Shown: positions 49,867 to 58,247 of the stretch, in pieces
Layout: the number at the start of each line of letters is the position of its first letter
How positions within the stretch are numbered: the first letter of the stretch is position 1
Source: Candidatus Saccharicenans subterraneus
GTDB lineage: Bacteria; Acidobacteriota; Aminicenantia; Aminicenantales; Saccharicenantaceae
Direction: 5' to 3'
Assembly: GCA_003426165.1 (NCBI GenBank)
Contig: QUAH01000003.1
Span: forward strand, 43,525-107,524
Length of the DNA: 64,000 nt
Made by a program: the position numbers and the translations under genes
The notes under the pieces: generated by a model
Seen by the model: only the letters and a program-made list of their open reading frames with translations
What the model was told of the DNA's origin: nothing
Databases searched by the model: none

Positions 49867-51227
49867 CCAGAGTTCTGGTAATAGAGGATGATTCCTTGGT
49901 CAGCCGGACCATCGCCACGCATCTCCGGAAAAAAGGCTTCGAGCTGAAGCTGGCCGAGACCGGCGAGGAAGGGTTGAAGCTCTACAAAGATTTTCAACCG
50001 GACTTAACCCTGCTGGACGTCAAGCTGCCCGACATCAATGGCCTGGAGGTGCTCAGGCAGATCAGGCAGACCAGCAAGAACGCGGCCGTGGTGGTGATGA
50101 CCGCCTTTGACGATATGAAAACCACGGTGGAAGCCATCAAGGCCGGGGCCTTTGAATACCTGGTGAAGCCGCTGGACTACCTGGAGCTGGACCTGACCAT
50201 CGACAAGGCCTTCCAGCTCAAGGCGCTGGAAGAAAAGGTCAGCTACCTGATCGAAGAAAAGCAAAAGGAATACCAGATAGACAACATCATCGGTCGGTCT
50301 CCCCAGATGCGGGAGGTCTTCAAGATGATAGGCTCGGTGGCCAATACCAGGACCAACGTCCTGATCCAGGGAGAGAGCGGGACCGGCAAGGAGCTGGTGG
50401 CCAAGGCCATCCATTACAACAGCCCCTTCCGGGATGAGCCCTTCATCGTCATTAACTGCTCGGCCATTTCCGATACCCTGCTGGAGTCAGAGCTCTTCGG
50501 CCATGTCAAGGGAGCTTTTACCGACGCCGTCAGCGAGACCCGCGGCAAGTTTGAGATCGCCGGCAAGGGAACGCTGTTCCTGGATGAAATCGGGGACATC
50601 TCTCCCAACCTCCAGTCCAAGCTCCTCCGGGTCATAGAAACCAGGGATTTCATGAAGGTTGGAGGCGAGAAGATATTGAAGACCGAGGCCAGGATAATTG
50701 CCGCCACCAACCAGAACCTTAAGGAGCTGGTCAGCCAGGGCAAGTTCCGGGAAGACCTGTACTACCGTCTCAAGGTGGTGGAGATAACCCTGCCGCCGCT
50801 CCGGGACAGGCGCGAGGACATTCCCGAGCTGGTGGCCTACCTGCTGGAAAAGATAAACCGGGAGTTGAAGAAAAATGTCAGGAAAGTTCCACCCGAAGTC
50901 ATGGACTATCTGGTCAACCAGCCCTGGAAGGGTAATGTCCGGGAACTGGAGAATGCCCTGACCAGGGCCGTCATCCTGGCCAAGGGAGATGTCATTCTGA
51001 AAGAACACCTGCCTTTTGAGCCGGCCCCTCAGGCCCAGGCCCAGGACAGGTTTCAGCTGCCCAAGGAAATGGTGCCGCTTTGGGAAATAGAGAAAAGGTA
51101 CATCCAGTATGTGCTGGAAGCCACGCGGGGCAGCAAGACCAGGGCCTGCCAGATACTGGAAATCAGCCGGCCAACCCTCGATAAAAAAATCAAGGATTAC
51201 GACCTCAAGGTGGAAACCTCGGAGTGA
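49863..51227 (+). CDS. sigma-54-dependent response regulator (NtrC family: REC, AAA+, HTH)
   Basis: GESGTGKE Walker A, the GAFTDA motif (GAFTGA-type sigma-54 contact), and C-terminal Fis-type HTH. ATGA overlap with the kinase gene. Confidence 0.9.
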   Translation: MTRVLVIEDDSLVSRTIATHLRKKGFELKLAETGEEGLKLYKDFQPDLTLLDVKLPDINGLEVLRQIRQTSKNAAVVVMTAFDDMKTTVEAIKAGAFEYLVKPLDYLELDLTIDKAFQLKALEEKVSYLIEEKQKEYQIDNIIGRSPQMREVFKMIGSVANTRTNVLIQGESGTGKELVAKAIHYNSPFRDEPFIVINCSAISDTLLESELFGHVKGAFTDAVSETRGKFEIAGKGTLFLDEIGDISPNLQSKLLRVIETRDFMKVGGEKILKTEARIIAATNQNLKELVSQGKFREDLYYRLKVVEITLPPLRDRREDIPELVAYLLEKINRELKKNVRKVPPEVMDYLVNQPWKGNVRELENALTRAVILAKGDVILKEHLPFEPAPQAQAQDRFQLPKEMVPLWEIEKRYIQYVLEATRGSKTRACQILEISRPTLDKKIKDYDLKVETSE

Positions 51228-51350
51228 TGGGGTCTGGCCTGCTCCCAGTCCTCCTGTAAAAAAAATTAACAGGCTGCAAAGTTTATTGGGGGAAGGGGCG
51301 ATAGTTCTCGGGGTGGCTGTCCTGGTTTCCCCTGAAATTTTTTCGATTTC

Positions 51351-51366
51351 TGGCACGAAACCTGCT
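51351..51366 (+). promoter_or_regulatory. sigma-54-type promoter TGGCAC-N5-CTGCT upstream of the orphan receiver gene
   Basis: GG at 51352-53 and GC at 51364-65 have the correct 10-nt separation. The predicted TSS is about 13 nt before the ATG at 51390. Confidence 0.45.
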
Positions 51367-51389
51367 CTCTACCGGGAACAGGTAGTATC

Positions 51390-51749
51390 ATGCTGGATAA
51401 GAAAATAGTTATAGTTGATGACGATGAATCCATAAGAAAGACCTTTTTTCTGCTTCTTTCCGATAAATACAATGTTTACCTGGCCGGGGATGCCGGGGAA
51501 GCCCTGGCCAGGTTTGAAAAAGCCCCGGTTGATATGATCATAGCCGATCTCCGGCTTCCCCAGAAAAATGGTCTCCAGATGATTGTCGATTTCAGGCGAT
51601 CGGGTTACCAGGGGCGCATCATACTAATTTCTGCCTGTGCTGACCAGGTCAAGCCGGAGGACCTGGAAAAACTGGGTGTGGACCGGCTGTTCATAAAACC
51701 CCTGGACCTCAAGTTACTGACCGACACCATCGACAGCCTGCTGGCCTGA
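51390..51749 (+). CDS. single-domain response regulator (REC only)
   Basis: 119 aa with the phospho-acceptor pocket VDDDESIR...IIADLRLP. Confidence 0.8.
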   Translation: MLDKKIVIVDDDESIRKTFFLLLSDKYNVYLAGDAGEALARFEKAPVDMIIADLRLPQKNGLQMIVDFRRSGYQGRIILISACADQVKPEDLEKLGVDRLFIKPLDLKLLTDTIDSLLA

Positions 51750-51965
51750 AGCCCGGCCTGGCCCCACCACCGGTCTCAGTTTTTTGGGCAGGCTTTCTGG
51801 CCGGAACCATTATCCAGGCATATGCGAGCTGTAACCCAAGGGCTGCCCGGATTTGTTCCAGGACTTCCCCGGGCCGGCTATTTGAAGCAGTGAAACTGAT
51901 ACTGATCAGTTCAATCTGGCTGCTCGCCCCTTAAATTGTCTGGCCGAAAATGCTAAACTGCCTCC

Positions 51966-52832
51966 ATGAAAGCTGAGTCCGAATGCTATCTCTGCCTCCT
52001 GGGGCAGGTGCTGAGAACGGCCGGCGTCCTGGGGCTGGAGGAACCGGCAGCCAGGGAACTGGCCCGCGAAGCCTGCGCCTTTCTGGCCGGGGCTGATTTT
52101 AACCGGACTCCTCCCGAGATTTCAGAAGACCTTTATTCCCTCCTGGCCCGTCTAACCGGCAATCCTGACCCTTACCGGGGGCTGAAAAAAGAACATATCG
52201 ACCGGGCCCTGAAGCTTTATCCTCAATTGCAAAACCTGGCCAGAACCTCAGCTGACCCGCTTCGGGCCGCCCTGGAGATTTCGCTGGCCGGGAACGTGAT
52301 AGATTTCGGGGCCAATTCCGACGAAGACTGGTTGAAAGACGGGAGATTCTTAACGCCGGGGCCCTTCGGGATCGATGATTACCCGCTCTTGAAAGAAGAC
52401 CTGGAAAAGGCCGAGCGAATCGTCTTCCTGGGCGATAATGCCGGGGAAACAGTCTTTGACCGGCTGTTCATAGAAGTGTCCGGACGAAGGCCAGTATATG
52501 CGGTCCGAGAGGCGCCCATAATCAATGATGCCACCCTGCAAGAAGCGATTGATTCCGGCCTGGCCGGGGTGGCTGACCTGGTCACGAGCGGCTGCCGGGC
52601 GCCGGGAACGGTTTACGGTCAGTGCTCACCCGCCTTCAAAAAAATCCTGGAACAGGCTGACCTGATCATCAGCAAGGGCCAGGGGAATTTTGAATGCCTG
52701 GAACAGGTCAGGGGCCCTTTTTATTTTCTATTGAAGGCCAAGTGCCGCGTGGTCTCCAGGTACCTGGGGGTTCCACAGGGAAGCCTGATCATCATGAGGT
52801 CCAGGAATTATAGCCCCCGTCTGCTGGCCTGA
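51966..52832 (+). CDS. DUF89 (ARMT1-like damage-control phosphatase) family protein
   Basis: 288 aa. N-terminal CxxC and the GDNAGE block are characteristic of DUF89. Confidence 0.6.
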   Translation: MKAESECYLCLLGQVLRTAGVLGLEEPAARELAREACAFLAGADFNRTPPEISEDLYSLLARLTGNPDPYRGLKKEHIDRALKLYPQLQNLARTSADPLRAALEISLAGNVIDFGANSDEDWLKDGRFLTPGPFGIDDYPLLKEDLEKAERIVFLGDNAGETVFDRLFIEVSGRRPVYAVREAPIINDATLQEAIDSGLAGVADLVTSGCRAPGTVYGQCSPAFKKILEQADLIISKGQGNFECLEQVRGPFYFLLKAKCRVVSRYLGVPQGSLIIMRSRNYSPRLLA

Positions 52833-52896
52833 CAGGCTGTCTGTTATCATTTTTCGTAAAAGCAGGGCCTGTGTTTTCTATTTCCAAACCTTATTT

Positions 52897-52915
52897 CCGT
52901 AAAGTATTTTTACGG
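52897..52915 (+). promoter_or_regulatory. palindrome CCGTAAAgtattTTTACGG (candidate enhancer/activator site) about 75 bp upstream of the sigma-54 promoter
   Basis: Perfect 7-bp inverted repeat. A related half-site TTTCGTAAAAG lies at 52851-52861. Confidence 0.3.
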
Positions 52916-52985
52916 TCCTTAAACTTTTTTTATGGTTTATTCGTCCAATTTCCTAACTTTTAAGGGAATTTCAGGTCCAAAATTT

Positions 52986-53001
52986 TGGCACAAATCTTGC
53001 T
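52986..53001 (+). promoter_or_regulatory. consensus sigma-54 promoter TGGCAC-N5-TTGCT
   Basis: Exact -24 TGGCAC and -12 TTGC with canonical spacing, read directly. It sits in a low-GC island and a sigma-54 activator gene lies 1.7 kb upstream. Confidence 0.6.
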
Positions 53002-53095
53002 TATATAAATGGCGGGTAGAGAAAATGGCTGGAAGAAGCAGAGCAACGAGAACAAACGAGAGACAGTTATTATACATAGATACTTTTGCTGGTCC

Positions 53096-53152
53096 GGGGA
53101 GGGAGATATTGAGATTTGACGGGCTGAACAGAAAGTCAATCTCTCCCTCCCC
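53096..53152 (+). repeat. 17-bp stem (1 mismatch) with 23-nt loop: GGGGAGGGAGATATTGA...TCAATCTCTCCCTCCCC
   Basis: Inverted repeat read directly, inside the small transcript. Confidence 0.5.
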
Positions 53153-53254
53153 CTCTATTTATTCGATAGGCGATGAGCGCACCCATAAATTTATAAATGC
53201 CTCCTTTTTGCCCTTCTTTGCCCTTCTTTCCATTCCCCCTTCCTTCAATTAAAC

Positions 53255-53293
53255 AGAGGGGTGCACGGCGGCACCCCTCTCTTTCTTTTTTCT
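53255..53293 (+). terminator. intrinsic terminator: AGAGGGGTGC-acggcg-GCACCCCTCT plus CTTTCTTTTTTCT
   Basis: Perfect 10-bp GC-rich stem and a U-run immediately after the ORF stop. It could also act on the converging NTPase gene. Confidence 0.7.
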
Positions 53294-53351
53294 AAGCTAA
53301 ATCAAAGCAGGAAAGTATTTTTGAGCCTGGTTGGCCCGACTGTATTCCTGT

Positions 53352-53894
53352 TCAAACCGGGCCAAGCAGGGTCTTGATTTTTTCCAGCAACTCGGACTGT
53401 AGTCTCTCCCGGTTGGCCGGGGTAAGCTCGTAGAGCTGCGTGTCCGGGCTGGACTTTATCCGTTCTATGAACGGCGTTCCCCGCCAGGCGATGGTGGCCA
53501 GGAGATGACCCGGAGCCGAAACCAATCGCAGCACGATTTCCCGAAATTTTTCCGAGAGACATTCCATTTTGCCTATCTCGTCTATGACCACCAGCCTGGT
53601 TTCGGGCGCGAAGAACCCGACCGATGCCAGGAAATTTTCAAAGCCGCGAAGGTCCACCCGGTATTTTCCCACCCGGTAAGGTGTCTTGAATTCAACATGG
53701 CTGAGAACGGCCCGCCGTCCGTCGGGGCTCATCAATTCGAAGCCGAGCCTGGTTCCCTTTTCTCTTATTTCCCGGGTAATAAAGCCGGCAATCCCGTTCT
53801 TGTCCGGCAGCCGCTCGAGAAGGCCGGCCACCAGGGTGGTTTTGCCGGAACCGGGCAGCCCCGTCACCAGGATTTTAAGCCCTTTATCGGTCAT
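53352..53894 (-). CDS. THEP1-type nucleoside-triphosphatase (P-loop NTPase)
   Basis: 180 aa with Walker A GLPGSGKTT and Walker B VVIDEIGKME. Overall resembles archaeal/Thermotoga-type NTPase THEP1. GGAGAAG RBS. Confidence 0.6.
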   Translation of the reverse strand: MTDKGLKILVTGLPGSGKTTLVAGLLERLPDKNGIAGFITREIREKGTRLGFELMSPDGRRAVLSHVEFKTPYRVGKYRVDLRGFENFLASVGFFAPETRLVVIDEIGKMECLSEKFREIVLRLVSAPGHLLATIAWRGTPFIERIKSSPDTQLYELTPANRERLQSELLEKIKTLLGPV

Positions 53895-54073
53895 TTAATT
53901 CTTCTTCTCCGGGCTGACTATCTGTCAATCATTAAATGATAGAAATGTCCCCAAGTCAAAGGGCACAAAGCCCCTCGTGAAGGCCAACCGGTTTCACCGA
54001 CAGTTTTGATTGCATGGAGCCCGCAATTTTATTAAACTCAGTCTGCGATAAATATTTGCCGAGGAAAGCTGAC

Positions 54074-55414
54074 ATGGTGAAAAAGGCTCTATTCATGGCA
54101 GTTCTGGTCGGTCTGCTGCTGGCTCTGATGGCCCAGGCGCAGGCTCCGGCTGGCTATTCTGCGGCCGAGTTCGAGAAACGCCGGCTGGCCCTGATGGAGG
54201 CTACCGGAAACGGGCTGATCATTCTATTGGCCAGCCCGGGAAACACGGGGGCCGGGCATTTCCGCCAGGACAACGATTTCTATTATTTTACCGGTTGCGA
54301 GGATGCCAACGCCATCCTGGTCATGATTCCGGCCACCAAGGACAGTTATCTTTTTGTTCCCCAGAAAACCGACCGGGAAAAGATGATGGAGGGCGGGAAC
54401 AGCCTGGATGACCCGGGGGCCAGGGAAAAGCTCAAGCTGAAGGCAATCTACCCGGTCAGCTATTTTGACGAGTTTCTCTCCAGGCTATCCGGTCGCCAGG
54501 ACCAGGTTATCTATTTGAGGCTATCGCCCGAGGACTCGGTTGGAGAAGCCCGTTCGGAAACCGCCCTGTTTCAGGCCCGGCGCGCGCGGAATCCCTACAA
54601 CGCCCAGCTCAGCCTGAATCAGTTCCGGGCCGAGAGGTTTCGCCAGCTTTATCCCGCGGCCGAGCTGAAAGATATCACTCCCCGGATTGATGTCCTGCGG
54701 ATGATTAAGACCCCGGAAGAAATTGCCATCCTAAGGCAAAACGGTCGGATTTCAGCCGAAGCCGTGAAAAGGGCCATGCTGGCTTCGAGGCCGGGAGCCT
54801 TCGAGTACGAACTGGAAGCGGCCGCGGTGGAAGTCCTGCTCAGGAACGGCTGCCGGGGGCCGGCCTATCCGCCCATCATTGGCTCTGGACCGAATACCTG
54901 CATTCTGCATTATGAAAAAAATAACCGGGCCATGCAGGCCGGTGAACTGGTACTGATGGACTTCGGCGGCGACCTCAATTACCTGACGATGGACATTACC
55001 AGGACCTGGCCGGTTTCCGGCAAGTTCAGCGAAGAGCAAAAAAAGGTTTACCGGGCTGTGCTGGAAGTGCAGAAGGCCTGCATTGAGGCTTTTAAGCCGG
55101 GAGTTACCGGTCGGGATGTTCAGGAGTACGTGGCCAGGAGGATGAAAGAAAGGGGAATTGACCCGCTGGGCCTGCGCGGTGGCCTGGGTCACCTGGTGGG
55201 CATGTCCGTGCATGATGTCCAGTCTCCGGAGCTGGTTCTCCAGGAAGGCATGGTCATGGCCATCGAGCCAGGGCTCTATTATCCCGAGAAAAACCTGGGC
55301 ATCAGGATTGAAGACACCGTACTGATAACCAGGGACGGCTGCGAGGTACTGACGGCCGGAGTTCCCAAAGAAATCGATGAAATTGAAGCCCTGCTGGCCA
55401 GGAGAAAGTTCTGA
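54074..55414 (+). CDS. Xaa-Pro aminopeptidase (M24B, PepP-like), secreted
   Basis: 447 aa from the ATG at 54074. Signal peptide. M24 metal-ligand pattern (MDFGG, HLVGMSVHD, EPGLY..IRIED). Confidence 0.8.
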   Translation: MVKKALFMAVLVGLLLALMAQAQAPAGYSAAEFEKRRLALMEATGNGLIILLASPGNTGAGHFRQDNDFYYFTGCEDANAILVMIPATKDSYLFVPQKTDREKMMEGGNSLDDPGAREKLKLKAIYPVSYFDEFLSRLSGRQDQVIYLRLSPEDSVGEARSETALFQARRARNPYNAQLSLNQFRAERFRQLYPAAELKDITPRIDVLRMIKTPEEIAILRQNGRISAEAVKRAMLASRPGAFEYELEAAAVEVLLRNGCRGPAYPPIIGSGPNTCILHYEKNNRAMQAGELVLMDFGGDLNYLTMDITRTWPVSGKFSEEQKKVYRAVLEVQKACIEAFKPGVTGRDVQEYVARRMKERGIDPLGLRGGLGHLVGMSVHDVQSPELVLQEGMVMAIEPGLYYPEKNLGIRIEDTVLITRDGCEVLTAGVPKEIDEIEALLARRKF

Positions 55415-55475
55415 CGGAATCCTCTGGAGTGAAACCTTGCAAGTTTGTTGATAAGCTTGTTGTGAAGAAGGCTCT

Positions 55476-56711
55476 ATGTTGCACCAGGCTGGCCTGATTG
55501 CTCCATTCTCTCTGCTCATCTTAATAATTTACCTGTCTGTTGAAGCCGTTCATTTTCGCCGCCGGCTGAAGAAAATTCCCGTGAGGATAGCTGTCGGCGG
55601 CATCAGGGGAAAGTCCAGCATAACCAGGCTGATCGCCTGGGGGCTGCGGCAGGCCGGGTTGAAGGTGATGGCCAAGACTACCGGTTCCAGGCCGGTTCTG
55701 ATCTATCCCGATGGACACGAGCAGGAAATCAGCCGGCGGGGCCGGCCGACCATCCTGGAGCAGAAGAAGCTGGTGGAGGTGGCTGCGGCCGCAGAGTCGG
55801 ATTTCCTGGTCAGCGAGATGATGAGCATTCAGCCCGAATGCCTTGGAGCCGAGGGGCGGCATCTTTTGCGACCACAGGTCCTGGTGCTTAGCAATTTCCG
55901 GCCTGACCATACTGAATTTCTCGGGAGGCACAGGGAGGAGGTGGCCCGGGCCCTGCTGGAAGCGGTTCCTGCGGGCACCATCGTTTTTATTCCCGAAGAA
56001 GAATTCCAGCCCTGGATGGGGAACCTGGCCCGGGAAAAAGGATTTGAGCTGATGGCGGTCAGGAGCAGTATCGAATCTGCCCGCCTGACCGAGATTCTTC
56101 CATACCCGGAATTTGAGCCAAATGCCAGGCTGGCCCTGGCCGTCCTGCAGCATTTTGGCCTGTCGGCCGAGCGAGTCCAGGACGGCTGGTCTGGTTTGAA
56201 CCCAGACCTTGGCCGGCCCAGGGTCTGGCGAGTCAGAGTGTCGGGGAAACATCACTTTCACCTGGTCAGCCTGTTTGCGGCCAACGACCCGGAGTCAAGC
56301 CTGCTGGCCATGGAGCTAATAACCAGAAGGCTGGGCTGGCAGGAAGCCCGTAAAATCGGGCTGCTGAGCCTGCGGGCTGACCGCGGCGACCGGAGCCGGC
56401 AATGGGTTGAGTTCCTTCAGTCGGGGGCGGCAGACTTCCTGGAATCACTGATTCTAATCGGACCGGGAGCCAGGGCAGTGGGCCGAAAACTCAGAAACTG
56501 GTCCCGGAAAACTGGCCGCCCGCTATTAATTCTGCCTGAGAGGGAACCGGAGAAGGGTCTTGAAGAAATAAAAAAACTGGTTGCCGACTGCCAGAAAAGA
56601 CTGCCCGGCGCGGAAGAGAGATGCCTGGTCTTCGGGCTGGGCAACATTGGCGGCTTCGGCCGCAAACTTATAGAATACCTGGAAAGGACCGCCGATGCCG
56701 TCAGAATATAG
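55476..56711 (+). CDS. pgsB: poly-gamma-glutamate synthase, Mur-ligase-like subunit
   Basis: 411 aa. PVRIAVGGIRGKSSITRL...AKTTGS...GRPTILEQKK lines up residue by residue with Bacillus CapB/PgsB (PVRVNINGIRGKSTVTRL...GKTTGT...NIGEQKE). C-terminal VFGLGNIGGFG matches IYGVGNIHGAA. Confidence 0.85.
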   Translation: MLHQAGLIAPFSLLILIIYLSVEAVHFRRRLKKIPVRIAVGGIRGKSSITRLIAWGLRQAGLKVMAKTTGSRPVLIYPDGHEQEISRRGRPTILEQKKLVEVAAAAESDFLVSEMMSIQPECLGAEGRHLLRPQVLVLSNFRPDHTEFLGRHREEVARALLEAVPAGTIVFIPEEEFQPWMGNLAREKGFELMAVRSSIESARLTEILPYPEFEPNARLALAVLQHFGLSAERVQDGWSGLNPDLGRPRVWRVRVSGKHHFHLVSLFAANDPESSLLAMELITRRLGWQEARKIGLLSLRADRGDRSRQWVEFLQSGAADFLESLILIGPGARAVGRKLRNWSRKTGRPLLILPEREPEKGLEEIKKLVADCQKRLPGAEERCLVFGLGNIGGFGRKLIEYLERTADAVRI

Positions 56712-57129
56712 TTCCCTTTTTCTCGGCCTGGTGCTGGCTCTTATTTTCAGCGAGCTAACCGGGATTTCACCCGGGGGACTGATAGTTCCCGGCTATTTCG
56801 CCCTTTACCTGGACCAGCCCTGGCGCCCGCTGGCCACCCTGGCCGTGGCTTTCCTGGCCCTCGGCCTCTACCGCCTGGCCGGCAATTACCTCATCCTTTT
56901 CGGCCGGCGTCGCTTTGTCTTCATGATTCTGGTGGGAGTGGTCCTGGCCCAGCTCTGGAACCTGCTGCTGCCGGGGTCGCTGGCCGAGCCGATTTCGCTC
57001 AGGGTCATTGGCTGGGTGGTGCCCGGGCTCCTGGCTTCCAACCTGGAGAGGCAGAAGATTCTGCCGACCCTGGCTTCCTTGATTCTTGTTTCTGTCTTAA
57101 CTTTTCTTCTGGTCGGGCTCTTTTTCTGA
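56695..57129 (+). CDS. pgsC: poly-gamma-glutamate biosynthesis membrane protein PgsC/CapC
   Basis: 144 aa. LIFSELTGISPGGLIVPGYFALYLDQP, ILFGRRRF and IGWVVPGLLASNLERQ match CapC blocks. 17-nt overlap with pgsB. Confidence 0.8.
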   Translation: MPSEYSSLFLGLVLALIFSELTGISPGGLIVPGYFALYLDQPWRPLATLAVAFLALGLYRLAGNYLILFGRRRFVFMILVGVVLAQLWNLLLPGSLAEPISLRVIGWVVPGLLASNLERQKILPTLASLILVSVLTFLLVGLFF

Positions 57130-58247
57130 TGGGCAACGGAAAAAAACTTTTCACCCTGGTCGGCCTGGCCGTCCTCAGCCTGGTCTTTCTTGGCCTCTAC
57201 CTCGGTCTTGGCCAGGATGTCAACCGCTGGTCGAGGCCTGACCCGGAGGGAATGGAGGCCGCCCGGTTGATGTCAGAAGCCCAAAAAATCATCTTTAACT
57301 GCCGGAAAAGCAGAGGAATTCAGCCCGAAAATAATGAGTTCGACCCCAATCAAACGGGTTTAATCGGCCTGGAAAACAGCCCCCTGACCACCACTCTCGG
57401 CAATCTCCAGGCCAAGAGAACCGCCACCAACCCGGAGCTGGCCGCTCTCCTGGTCCACCTGCTCAGAAAGGCAGGAGTGAAGAGGGGAGAGGTGGTGGCC
57501 CTCGGCGCCTCAGCTTCTTTTCCTTCCCTGGTTGTCGCCAGTTATTGTGCCGCCCGGGCCCTGGACCTGGAACTTCTGGCGATTGTTTCGGTTGGGGCTT
57601 CCCAGTGGGGGGCCAACCACCCGGAATTTTCCTGGCTGGACATGGAAGACTGCCTTCGCCAGCACGGGTTCACCCGGCACCGGCTGCTGGCCGTGGCCTG
57701 GGGCGGTGAAGACGATTCCGGGAAAGAGTATCCGGAAGAAGTAAAAAAACGGCTTCAGGCCTTGGCCCGAAAGCTCGACCTTCAATTTCTCCCGGCCGGG
57801 AGCCTGGAGGACAGGGTCAGGCAGCACCTGGACCTTTTTCTGGCCGCAGCCGGTCAGAGCAAAATAAAGGCGTTCATCAATATCGGCGGCAGCTCGGTCA
57901 ACCTCGGGGCTGACTCTTCTGTCCTGGAACTTCAACCGGGATTGACCGGGGTTAGAAAAATTCCACCGGCGCCAAGACGGGGTCTTATCCAGGAGATGGC
58001 CCGGCGAGGAATTCCAGTTATCCACCTTCTGAACATCAGAAAGCTGGCGGAAATTTATGGACTTCCCTGGGACCCGAAGCCGTTACCGCCAGCCGGCGCC
58101 CCTGGTTTCGAGCCGGAAAAAAGAATGGATAAGACCACGGCCAGGTTGATTTTTGGCGGTTATGTTCTCAGCTGTGTGCTCTGGCTGACGGTAGCAGGAA
58201 TTATTCGTAAAAGAGCCTTCCGGCCGGCGCCAGGTCGGGATTCTTAA
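57129..58247 (+). CDS. membrane-anchored poly-gamma-glutamate system accessory protein (non-CapA third subunit)
   Basis: 372 aa with N- and C-terminal TM helices. 1-nt overlap with pgsC. No metallophosphatase (CapA) motifs. The call rests on context; it may belong to the poly-gamma-glutamate system protein family (from memory, a TIGRFAM such as TIGR04332). Confidence 0.45.
   Translation: MGNGKKLFTLVGLAVLSLVFLGLYLGLGQDVNRWSRPDPEGMEAARLMSEAQKIIFNCRKSRGIQPENNEFDPNQTGLIGLENSPLTTTLGNLQAKRTATNPELAALLVHLLRKAGVKRGEVVALGASASFPSLVVASYCAARALDLELLAIVSVGASQWGANHPEFSWLDMEDCLRQHGFTRHRLLAVAWGGEDDSGKEYPEEVKKRLQALARKLDLQFLPAGSLEDRVRQHLDLFLAAAGQSKIKAFINIGGSSVNLGADSSVLELQPGLTGVRKIPPAPRRGLIQEMARRGIPVIHLLNIRKLAEIYGLPWDPKPLPPAGAPGFEPEKRMDKTTARLIFGGYVLSCVLWLTVAGIIRKRAFRPAPGRDS

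Larger units (their letters stand above)
53012..53293 (+). other. sigma-54-driven small transcription unit: a 75-codon ORF (53025-53252), or a roughly 280-nt sRNA, ending at an intrinsic terminator
   Basis: Promoter, a 13-nt leader, an ORF with low-GC atypical composition, a long internal stem-loop and a strong terminator. Whether the unit is coding or non-coding is unresolved. Confidence 0.4.

Noticed and set aside
53505-53939. 144-aa plus-strand ORF overlapping the THEP1 NTPase gene
   Set aside because: It is antisense to a gene with clear Walker A/B motifs and a good RBS.
55425-55441. Sigma-54-like motif TGGAGT...TTGCA just upstream of pgsB
   Set aside because: The GG-to-GC spacing is 11 nt instead of the invariant 10, and the -24 element is TGGAGT rather than TGGCAC. 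Probably chance.
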